Positions 1-11,134 of a DNA stretch of 64,000 nt are shown piece by piece (position 1 is the stretch's first letter; each line of letters starts with the position of its first letter). This stretch comes from Antedon mediterranea (taxonomy: Eukaryota; Animalia; Echinodermata), in NCBI RefSeq assembly GCF_964355755.1, contig NC_092680.1, forward strand, positions 4,898,001-4,962,000, read 5' to 3'. The notes beneath the pieces are model-generated. The model was given only the letters and a program-made list of their open reading frames with translations. It made no database searches and was not told where the DNA came from. Made by a program: the position numbers and the translations under genes.

Positions 1-2529
1 TCCTGAACAAACAGAAATTGTACTGATTAAACATTTGAGTGTGTTATGCGTAAACAGTGCTTTAATAAATAAATAATAAATAAACTCTTCCCTGGACTAA
101 CGCACCTTAAGACAGCAATCTAACCATTGCAAGATCCACGTCAATTATCTGCTGAGCCCACGCAACATTTATAACTGTAGTAGCTGACGTTACCTATCAA
201 TTATTATATTTTTCAGACATATATCTGTAGTATATTTCGCGTTGAACGTTTTAATAATAAAATGTGATGCCTATAATAACACTATAAGAAATATGATAAA
301 ATGTAAACTGACCTTAAGAAAACGATTCCACTTTGAGTGGTTCTTAAGATAAGACGGAAGCTCATTTTCTCCAGTTCCACCAAATAGGAAGATTGGACCA
401 ACAACTAAAATAAATAATTCTCCGCCTTGTTTCATACATTGTTGTATATTTTGGATAGTCTTTTTCTTATCTTTCACCCAGTGCAAGACGTACATTGATG
501 TGACTTTATTAAACTGATTTTGTTTCCATTTTGAGAGATTTGTTCCAAAATCCTGAGCGTCACAGACAGCATACTTCACATTGCTTAATTGGTGATGTTG
601 TTTTGCATAATCAATCATATCGTCGGAGTAATCGATGCCTTAATTAATTAATATATTAAATGAAATAATTAAACTATAAATGAAGGTTGATGGGTGGCAC
701 AAATTCAGGTGGCAAGGGTCGAGTGGCAAAAGCCAGGATGAAACGGGCCTAGGCCTAGGGTGACCTGTCTAATACAGGTGTCTGATCATTTCGGCCGCCA
801 GTTATTTCGGTCGCCGGTTATGGAATTGCCAAATTCATGAAACGCCAAAAAGGACAAAATATGTATTGTTCATTTCGGCCGCCAGAATTGTAATTATTCT
901 TGAATATGTATGACACACCATGTGTTTTAAAATTATTAAGCCGAATCAGCGGTCTTTAATTCCAGAAACAGCAGCGATATTTATGGCGTGCACATTGCCA
1001 TCACTACAGTGAATTATTAATAATATTGTTTTAATAATAAGGAGGTGATGCTGAATTTTTTTTTATGTGCCAGTCAAAAACACTTTTATTTGTATGTTTT
1101 GCATTTATTAGGTCTATATTCATAAAGAAACACATTTTTACAAAGCACACGGATCTTTGGGACCTGTAAAATAAATAAAAAAAATAAACATTTAATACCG
1201 TAATATAACTTTAAATTTACAGCAAAAACAAAATGTATTTAGCCCAATTGCACAACTGATCTCTGGTTTAAATGACCATGGTTCTCTGTGGCGTTGGTAT
1301 TTTAAAGTTATTTAATATTTTTTTCACTGTAATAATACTGTATGTACAGTTATTTCTGGCTATTTCAATTTGGCGAACCATACCTGGCGGCCGAAATGAT
1401 CATGCCATATTTTGTCCTTTTTGGAGTTTCATGAATTTGGTCGTTCCATAATCGGCGGCCGAAATGCACTGTGACCCGTCTAATACGATTTCGATCCAAG
1501 TCGGCCCTAAACCGTCTCGGCCAAAGTCAAGTCGGCCCCAAGTCAACTCGGCCCCAAGTCAACTCGGCCTCAAGTCAACTCGGCCTCACGTCAACTCGGC
1601 CTCACGTCAACTCGGCCAAAAAGTAATCGGTCAACTCGGCCCCGTTAAAATATGGAACGCAAAAAGTGCAAATGAAGGGGATTGATAAAATAATATTTCT
1701 TCACAATTTTTTAACTATAAATAATTCTGACTTTTAATGAATATTAATATTTAGACAATAATATATTTAGCAAAAAAAATAGGAATGATTTCACCAACTT
1801 TCCTTTATTTACGTTTAATAAAATTTCAAATTGCACAATTGAAAACAATTCGTAGCTGCGCCTCCCTGCGCCTTTGGCAGCTTTTTTGATATCTACAACT
1901 GCTACGTGTTTTCACTGACCGGGGGATTCCCCTTTTTTCAAAACGCAAATCATGGACAAAAAAGATATGTACGATCATTTTTTCTATGGAACGTAGGCCT
2001 CCGTCTTCGATTTACTAAAATGCGGTACCTGCACGTGTTTTTGTAACACGCGGGTACTTATATTCATATCGGCAATGAGTTCATTTTTTTATATGATATT
2101 ATTTAATTATATTATTTTTTTTATTTCTTCATTTTTTTAAAGCGTGGATAGTAAGAATCATAATAATATTAAGCACTTTTTGCGTTCCATACTTTATTGT
2201 GGCCGAGTTGACTGATTAGTTTTTGGCCGAGTTGACGCGAGGCCGAGTTGACTTGAGGCCAAGTTGATTTGGGGCCGACTTGACGTGGGGCCGACTTGAC
2301 TTTGGCCGAGTCGGTTTAGGGCCGACTTGACCTGCACCCGTCTAATACGGTACATACCAACTACTGACGACACGTTACGAGCTATATCCGAAGTAAAGTT
2401 TCCTGAACCGCAACCAACATCTAAAACTCTGTCATCTTTTGAAAAATCGAATTTGGAAGTGTACTTATTGATACCGATTGCTTGCACCCGACGGCATTTT
2501 GAGTACATGGCAGACAATTTACTATTCAT
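1..2529 (-). CDS. JHAMT-like class I SAM-dependent methyltransferase, paralog A copy 1 (3' end outside window)
   Basis: Exons 2529-2358, 638-313, and exon 3 starting at 2. GT-AG junctions in phase. Motif I VLDVGCGSG, motif II GID, CDAQD, SMYVLHW. Confidence 0.85.
776..1477. mobile_element. Non-autonomous TIR element (Mutator-like); also 21213-21930 and 43848-44571
   Basis: Inverted ends (catttcggccgcc...aaaaggacaaaatatg / catattttgtcctttt...ggcggccgaaatg) flanked by the direct repeat GTCTAATAC. Confidence 0.7.
1487..2339. mobile_element. Non-autonomous TIR element with 15 bp subterminal repeats (Mutator/foldback-like); also 21940-22792, absent in unit 3
   Basis: Left (caactcggccycaagt)n mirrored by right (ggccgagttgact)n. 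Flanked by GTCTAATAC on both sides. Confidence 0.78.
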
Positions 2530-3429
2530 GGTGCAAACTTTAAATGTAAACACTCGTCGTACTCTGGTTGCAAACTGTTTTATTAAATATAACAAAAGAG
2601 TGATATATATTCTTTGATATAATAACCAAAGAATATATTCTTTGATATAACCAAAGATACTATAGCGCCGCCACGTGGCGCTATAGATTAGATCAACTTC
2701 GGCCACAGACAATTTCCGGTCAGTTTAATTACCGCAAAGAACGGAAAATAACCGAAAACAACCATAAACGGTCAGTATAATTACCGAAAATAACCGAAAA
2801 CAACCAAAACAACCGAAAACAAATAATATAATCTAAATACCGAAAATAAATTTGTATACATTTTTTTTAATGTCGCCCTCTACTGATGGGTGTTTCTAGA
2901 GCTAAGACCAAGACAGAGATAAGACAAACAATGAGACACGACAGTATAATACAGGATTATCGATTTCATTGCGTTTTGGTTTTTTGTTTTTACACAGGAA
3001 AACACCGACACGGACAAACAACAAACTTAGCACTTTATTAATTAATCAATAATGAAAAAACAAAAAACGGGCCATAAAAATAAAATACGAACACGTATTT
3101 TGTAGGTTTGGCCTGATAAAATAAGAAACAAAGAATTACGTAAATGATACCGATATTTCGGAGTACAAAAAATACAATACGGTAAAAATTAAAATGTATT
3201 TTTGTTGCAAATAAAATAAATTAATTGCATTAGGCCTAAATGATAATAATTGTATGTGTCGGGGTACAATAGAAATGATTTTATAATATAAGAAACAAAG
3301 ATTTACTAAAGTGATAATTAAATGTTCGGTAATAATTAAATTAACGTCATGAACATTTTTCTATAAATATAAAACGAATTCAAGTACGTAGGGATATGTA
3401 CTAGGAATAATTATATGTGACAATTTATT

Positions 3430-4062
3430 ATGGCAACCCCCATATTGATTCTTTGATAGCTAAATCAAACTCACGGTTATTATTTTCTTAAACAATTGCG
3501 CCGGTCTGGTCTAGACGCACAAGCCTTATGCTATTTCTATTGTTGTGTTATCAGGCTGTTCTAGAATACGCCGTCCCCGTTTGGGGAATGTGCTTAACTA
3601 AATTTCAGTCTGACCAACTGGAAAGTATCCAACGTAGGGCGCTTAGAATCACGTTCCCAGAGCTCAGTTACGACAAAGCAATGGATCAATGTAATGTGCC
3701 TGTGCTATGTGAACGTCGAACTAGACTGTGCAAGGATTTCTATCAGAAACTTAAAAACCCTTCCCATAGACTACATCACCTTCTGCCTAAAGCGCCTAAA
3801 TCTAGATACAATTTAAGACAAGTTAAAGAATTTTGCATTCCAAAAGTAAAAACGGAACGATCAAAACATTTCATTGTAAACTTTGGTCTCTTTCAAAAGT
3901 GGTAGGCATATCCCTGACTTCTGTTTTGTCTGTTCTTCGATGGTTTGTGTATTTTGATTGTTATTGTTGATGGATAGGATATATTTTCATTTAAGTATAA
4001 GTATATTTTTGTATAATTCAACCCAAAAGTTGCAATAAAAGTATTTTATCAGGTTATCAGGT
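3430..4062 (+). mobile_element. 5'-truncated LINE relic (L2/CR1-group ORF2 C-terminus and 3' UTR); also ~23885-24510 and ~47110-47750
   Basis: LKQLRRSG...VLEYAVPVW...LESIQRRALR...RRTRLC...HRLHHLLP with frameshifts, then AATAAA and a (ttatcagg)2 tail. Confidence 0.82.
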
Positions 4063-5087
4063 ACTAATTTTAATATGTCGAGGTACATATAAATATAATT
4101 TTGTAGGAATAAGAAACGGAAGAATAAAGTGGTTTAAGAATACGATGTATTTTGTCGGAAGAAACAATTGAAGAAGTATATACGTACATATATGTTGTAA
4201 GATGTAAATTAAACACTGGGAAATAGGCCGAAATGTTAATAGAAATGCGTGCGTTGTCTTTGCGTGTACAATTTTACCTAATAAAATGAACTTGAAATAG
4301 GAAGAGGAATTGAAGTTGTTGCGCCGAATTAATGAACAGGTGCACCGAACTACAGACCCATGTTTTGGCTTAAAATTTGGGCAATTTCGCCGACCCGAAA
4401 AAAAATGTGTTTATTTTTCGTTAGTTCGTGAGTTAGTGTCCAATTTTCAATTGACTCGCATTTTTATCTGAATTATTACTCATTTTGTTTGTATATTGAT
4501 ATGATATGTACATTTATTCTGTGCATGTGAAAATATGTTAAATGACTCTTTCAATTGCATATCACCGCAATTACTCAATTAATATTTTTATGTTGGGTCT
4601 GATATGCTCGTTTTATTTATGCACATGTGTTCTTAAGACACTTGAGCTCCATGATAAAACATTGAATTACTCCTTGTATTAAAAACCAATCAAGAAGAAG
4701 ACGACAAAGTTTTATTAAATTTTTTTTTTTGCTTGATTCTGCTTGTATTGATGTGTGAGTTCATGATATTCCTCTTTGTTCCTTAGGCCACCTAAGCAAT
4801 AGAAGGAAAAACGTTTTAATTAAATTTCTTCTCTTTTCTTAGCATTTATTCTTTCATAGCTGAACTATTAATACTGTACTAAGAGGGTATTTAACTGTGT
4901 CACTGACAGTTGAATTCGTTTTTCGCCAAGACGTGCCAACGACTATCACGACGAAGTATCGCTAACAATTCCTTGGATCGACTATGGAATAATCTCTAAC
5001 TTTTTCGTCCAGCAGACTAAATAAATGCAAATTGTAGTAGAATAAAGTTAAGAATGATAGCACTGTAATGTAATAGTGATAGTCATA

Positions 5088-5465
5088 ACAAGAATATTTC
5101 TTACAAAAAACGCTGCTCGCTTATTGTTATTGCTAAGGTCAAGTCTGGGGGTCACTTCATCACGCCTAGATACTTCAAGTATCCTATTACAAACAAAAAC
5201 TTCAATGGACTGTTTTGATAATAATTCAATGATTATCTGACAGCGAATTATAGTAATATCATGGGACTCATAAATACCAGAATGCTTTGGGATTTGTCGT
5301 TAGACTCTTTTCCCAGCCGTTTTTGGATTCAACAGGTGGTACCAATAAATTATAGTGGAGTTTCCATTTTAACAAAAATGTCAAAGTGTAGTACTATAAA
5401 GCTGCTTGATTTCATCTAATGAATGAGTCATCTCGTGTGACGTAGCGGGCTAGAGCAGCAGCGTG
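5088..5465 (-). mobile_element. ~375 bp non-autonomous element, Helentron/HINE-like, unit 1 only
   Basis: Absent at the orthologous sites (25317, 48997). Near-identical reverse complement of 16558-16930. No TSD, inserted in a T run. Confidence 0.72.
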
Positions 5466-5594
5466 AAAATACAGTACAACAAAGCATGCGATGGGATAAT
5501 TAATAGCAAAAACAATAGCACGGTCTAATATATGCGTGAATGGCGCGCCATAGAAATCTGTTGTGGCCGAAACGGTCATATGGCCATGCCGGCG

Positions 5595-6475
5595 TAGTCT
5601 GGGCTCCAGACGGAGTTTTTTCTTAATATTAGTAAAAATATAAATATTTTTGCACATATGGCGTTTCATACGTGTATTACTTGAGTTTGGATACTCCGTC
5701 TGGGGAAACACGCAAATGTCACGTGGTTTGACACCAAGAATTCTTGGTGCATAGATTATCCGGTTGACTAGTTTCAGCTGCATGCGATTGGCTACTCACT
5801 CATACACTGTTTTAATATTCATATTTCAGAATTTCAAGCGCATGCGCTATGTTACGTTTAGACAATATGTACTTTTGGTACATTGATGAAAGTTTCTGAA
5901 GGCTAGAAAGGATTTTATATGGATCATTTAATCAGGGAGATGTAATTTACATCTCCCTGATTTAATATTACGCGGAGATAATTTGATTTAATTCCCACCC
6001 AGACCTGTCCTGTTCTGTGTAGTGGTGTAGCCCTGTTGTGTGTGAATCCTGTTGTGTGCCGGTGGTGGTATTATGTAGGCCTACCTTATTGGCGTTTTAT
6101 TTGGCAGGTCATACGTGCGCGTTGAGTAGGACCTACGAAGGAGGCATAGGCTAAGGACTAAACAATTAATAAACAAAACAACTTGGCAACACGATTTCAT
6201 ATTTTAACAGTCTCGATCGTACATTCAGCACTGTACGTTGGCCTACTCGATCTTTTTCATTTTGAAACAAAATGATCATTGGTTGATTCGAAATCCATAT
6301 TTACATACCGCCCGCCCCATATAGCCAAATACGGTATGATAACCTACGTCATTCTTATCGGATGTTTGCGGTCTGCAAATCGATTTCTATACGTGTTTCA
6401 CAAGTCTGTATTTTCGCGGTCGAAATAAAAACAAATAAATTTTTAAAAAAACAATACAGACTTGGGGCAAGTCTA
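5595..6475. mobile_element. 881 bp non-autonomous DNA transposon with 9 bp TSD (AcademH-like by inference), unit 1 only
   Basis: TSD ATGCCGGCG at 5586-94 and 6476-84. Termini TAG...CTA, each forming a hairpin. Empty site at 25438 and 49118. Confidence 0.78.
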
Positions 6476-7321
6476 ATGCCGGCGCTATACGATCTTTGAA
6501 TATAACCCTATTATATGTATTATTATGATACAGTACCGTATAATGATTGATGAACGGAGTTACGCCCTCTAAAACTTATAAACTTTTTTTTCCTTTTTAG
6601 TGGGAAGAATTAATAATAATGATAATGGCACTGTAATGTTAATATTGAGTTGGAAATTATACTTTTGTAACACTACTAGTGGCACGCATCTACGTGGGAG
6701 GTGCATCCTAAAGGAAAAACATACAACGTGAGCAAAATATGTGCCAAATAGAAACAAATACAAAACTTAAAAAGAGATAAAACCAACAATCTCAATAAAA
6801 AATCAAACAAACAAATTAAAAATTTGAAAATCAGAAAACTGAGCAACAACAAAGTAGGCCAATCTCTACTATGAATGATGAAATAACACATGTCCCACAA
6901 ACATGAAAAATAAAGATTGATAAAATCAAATTTCCATTACTGTAGGCCTAGTTTTGATAAAGTTATTCACCTAACACCTAACAAAAACAAACAAAACAAA
7001 AATAGTAGTAGTAATTAGTCAGTTGTTTATTTTTAATTCATTTATAATATGTAATTTTACTTTCTGTGTGGACCAGAGATTCTGAAATATAAGATTGAAT
7101 GAATGAATAAAAAAGACAAAATAAAACACTTAGGCCTAAACTTATTTTTAAATACGGTCTTTTAGTGAAAGTGGATCATTTCCGGTATTATTATTATTTA
7201 CAAAGCGATCAAAAACGAATTGAATTTACATAATAAATGTCGAAAAATTACAAGATAAATAATGTTTATGAAGTATAGCTTTATTAGGCAAACAAGATTA
7301 AGAGGTTTCAAATTTTCAAAT

Positions 7322-7800
7322 CGTCTTTCTTTCTTTCTTTCTTTTTGTTTCTTTTTTCTTGTTTTTCTTATTTTTCTTTTTTTTTGTTCTTTTTTTCTTT
7401 CGTTCTTTTTTCTTTTTTTCCCCTTTTTTCCTTTTTTCTTTCGTTCCTTCTTTCTTTTGTTCATTTTTATTCTTTTTTCTTTCGTTCTTTTTCTTTTTTT
7501 TTCCCCTTTTTTCCTTTTTTTTTTCTTTTTTTCTTTCGTTCTTTTTTATTCTTTTTTTCTTTCGTTCTTTTTTATTCTTTTTTCTTTCGTTCTTTATTTC
7601 GTTCTTTCTTTTTTGTAATTATCTGACGTGATTTAAAAAATATTATATTTAAGGTTCTATTTAACAGATAGATTTAACAGAAAGATAGTCTACTAGACCT
7701 AAATCTACATTTTCTTTCTTTCTTTCTTTTTTTCTTTCGTTCTTGTTTTCCCTTTTTTCTTTCGTTCTTTTTTTCTTTCGTTCTTTCTTTTTGTAATTAT
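7322..7800. repeat. Pyrimidine-rich degenerate minisatellite (tttttctttcgttc)n; also ~26283-26780 and ~49963-50300
   Basis: Visible low-complexity tandem repeat whose length varies among units. Confidence 0.9.
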
Positions 7801-8695
7801 CTTTTTCTATTTCACGGAGTATAATAAGACAGTCTAGACCTCAATCTACAGTACATTCTTTTACCTTTTTCATATCATTACAATTTGGAACATTTGCTGA
7901 ATCGGCACTGCCATCGACTGGAATCATCTACCAGATAAGGTTGTAAATTGTACTTCTATTCTGGAATTCAAAACCCATATTATCCAAACTTAATTAAATA
8001 GGGTACCCCTTGTCACAACTTACTCTCTGGGGGTCTCTGTCTTGGTGACAGCTCGCTGGGCAACTGGATGGCTGAGGCGGGGTAAATGGGTATCCAGCTA
8101 CTTTATTCTGCCTCCTAGGTAGCGGCCCAGTAAAGTGATAGCGGTTGGCACGGACGGTAGACTTCCATAGTGTTTAATGTTGGGTACAGTTTACTCTATT
8201 TTACTCTTTACAAGGTGTCTGAATACAATACAATTATATATTAGATAGGATAGATCAAATAATTATATATATTCATACTAACATGTATATATATTTATAT
8301 AAGTAAAACTTAAAAAAAGAGATAAGGGAAAGGGAAGAAAAGAGAGAAAGAAAAGTGAAAGGAGAAGTAAGGGGAAAAATAAAAAAAAATAAAAAAAATA
8401 ATAATAATAATGATAATTGATAATAATAATAATAATAATTATAAATAAATAAGGGAGTCAGTTTCTCTCTGTAAAAGAATAACTAAATAGAACAATAATA
8501 CACAACCAAATAATGTAGAGCTAGCAAAACAGAGTTGGAGGAGCAGAGTCTTCACATATGAAGTTGGCTCCAAATACGAAGAAGAAGAAGAAGAAGAAGA
8601 AGAAGAAATAAATCATTGTTTATATAAGTATAACCTATTGACCGCCGTAACATTGTAATAGATATTGTTGCCTTCTTTGTCATTTTGTTACGTTA

Positions 8696-10782
8696 TTACA
8701 TTTTCTTAGCATGAAGGAAATAACATTCACAATCAGAATACATAATACCATCACTATTTACTGGTAGTTCCCGTTTACACCAATCCATCGCATCTTTAAC
8801 AATTTCATCTTGAAGATTATCCGGTATTCGGGCCAATTGTCCCGAGAGAGTGCGAACATAACCTTAAAAGAAAGAAAAGTTTTTTTAGTTGCTGTAACCA
8901 ATTAAATTAAATCTTACATTACACTGCACATTACTTACCATCAAGTTCATAATCATTTGCTATGATAAAGATGGTTGGGTCTATAACTTCTTTGCTGACC
9001 AATGAGAATCCTTCAGTTTCCAAAAGACTACACCAACCATCCAAGTCCAAGTCATTTTTCAAACCACCTTCGTAATCCTGAGTATGGGAAGAACTATGAT
9101 TGTTTAAGTTAATTGAAGGAACAGAGCCAGTCTTTACGAATACACGGACCCCTCCCAATAAATCCATAACGTGTGGTTATTGTCGGTGAGTAGGTGAGAT
9201 GTATCATGCTAGATAGAGGACCTTTTATCAATGGTGCAACTGAATGTGGCTTGGTGGTTCACATGCTTGCTTAGTAATCCCAGGGGCCCCATTGGTTCAA
9301 ATGTCACAATTCCAAAGCCACTGTCTATGGTGGAACCAGGGAGTAGCTAATTTCCTGGTGGGACTTGGTTTACAAAGTATATGTTCCCATCCTGTAATTG
9401 ACGAATCATTTTGAAAATAAAAGATAACAGAAGATATTGGAGAAGTGTGATGATCATTCTTACAAATAATGAGTTGACTTCAAATAAAAAGTTAAGACAA
9501 AAATTAGCAAATTACGTTTTGAGTAGGCCTGCTTTCATCATACCATAACCATTTGATAAGACTGATGAAATAATATAAACTCACCTTAAGAAAACGATTC
9601 CACTTTGGGTGGTTCTTAAGATAAGACGGAAGCTCATTTTTTTTAGTTCCACACAATCTGCACATTGGACCAACAACTAAAATAAATAATTCTCCGCCTC
9701 CTTTCATACATTGTTGTATATTTTGGATAGTCTTTTTCTTATCTTTCACCCACTGCAAGACGTACATTGATGTGACTTTATTAAATTGGCTTTGTTTCCA
9801 TTTTGAGAGATTCGTTCCAAAATCCTGCGCATCACAGACAACATACTCCACATTGTTCAATTGGTGATGCTGTTTTGCATAATCAATCATATCGTCGGAG
9901 ACATCGATACCTAAAATAAATTAAATAGGGCTACAATAAGGATAAAATAAATTTAAAATACTTATTGTAATTGTAATGTTTATGGAGTAGCATCATTTGC
10001 ATGGATTGGTCATTGAAATTTTAGAATGGGGGACACAGGATATATGGACATTTAGGCCCTATCAATTAATAATAATATGTGAGTCCGGAGACTGGATAAA
10101 CGAATTATTGTTGATCACAGTGTAAGGCACCAGTGTAATTATTAAACCAAGAATAGTGGGCTTCGCTCATCATTTAACAATAACTAAACTCATCTGCGTG
10201 TCTTTTTAACAAAGGCTGATGCAATATACAATTCAAAGCAGATTATTTCAGCCCACGCACTACCAAAATAAAGAGTGCGTTGAAAAAGCAATAGAGAAGG
10301 TCATTTTATACTAGAATAAAGATACTATTCACTTCAACAAAACAGAAAGAAGTTAACAAAACAGCCACTAAATAAGTAAGCCTACTTTTTTCAATGTCAC
10401 GTTGTGGGTTTTTTTTCTCAGAAGCCCCTACAATTGGTTTGCCTTACAGGATATTTTCGAATACACTGTCGTTTGTTCAATGTTCTTATTTTAATATTAT
10501 TATTTTATGATTAAGATATTTGATACAAAATAATGTATAGGCCTAAGAAAGATTTTTAATAAAAACGAGTACAACAAGTTTTGTACAAAGAAGAAAATAG
10601 ATCTATATACCAACTACTAACGACACGTTACGAGCTATATCCGAAGTAAAGTTTCCTGAACCGCAACCAACATCTAAAACTCTGTCGTCCTTTGAGAAAT
10701 CGAATTTGGAAGTTAACATATCGATTGAAAGTGCTTGAAGTCGGCGACATTTTGAGTACATGGCAGATAATTTACTATTCAT
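8696..10782 (-). CDS. JHAMT-like methyltransferase paralog B copy 1, 4 exons, intact
   Basis: Exons 10782-10611, 9910-9585, 9077-8939, 8862-8696. Same exon sizes as A but unrelated introns. VLDVGCGSG, SMYVLQW. Confidence 0.87.
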
Positions 10783-11134
10783 GGTGCAGCACTTTTCGTA
10801 GCCCCCACAACATTGCTACTGAGCCTTGGGTTTAATCTTAAGCCAATATTTACCATGAATGATTGTTATAAATTCATCCACGACAGAAGTCCATTGAAAC
10901 GATTCAATAGCTCCTTTTAAAGCGACGTAACGTGGTGGCGTTCCGGTCATTAATCACAATATGTAACAATGAATAATAGGTAGAAATATTTATTTATGTT
11001 ACTGTATAAAATGGGATTAGTTGGCGGGCTGAACACTCGCGAGGTAGCGAGTAGGAAATATGCGCCCTCTATAGTTCAAATTATCGTAAACTTTTTACCC
11101 GTTCAGCGCAGCTAGCTCAGCAGCAAATCGTAAA
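10783..11134. promoter_or_regulatory. Putative bidirectional promoter between methyltransferase B and SPO11; also 29218-29572 and 53328-53681
   Basis: Only 352 bp between divergent ATGs, CpG-enriched, with the palindrome CTCGCGAG at ~11036-11043. Confidence 0.55.

Noticed and set aside
1495-1645. 15 bp repeats resembling a CRISPR array, and ORFs 1464-1685 and 21849-22138
   Set aside because: No unique spacers and no cas genes. The repeats are mirrored at 2200-2330 as transposon subterminal repeats, and the ORFs are repeat translations.
2530-2712. N-terminal extension of methyltransferase A in the ORF track
   Set aside because: It begins at a non-ATG codon, has no counterpart in paralog B, and has indels between copies.
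7198-7631. Phe-rich and Lys-rich ORFs (also 26223-26604 and 49903-50130)
   Set aside because: Open in several frames only because the T/C minisatellite lacks stop codons.
9240-9320. tRNA-like A/B boxes (tggcttggtgg ... ggttcaaat) in methyltransferase B intron 2
   Set aside because: No cloverleaf could be built. At most a decayed SINE head, too weak to call.
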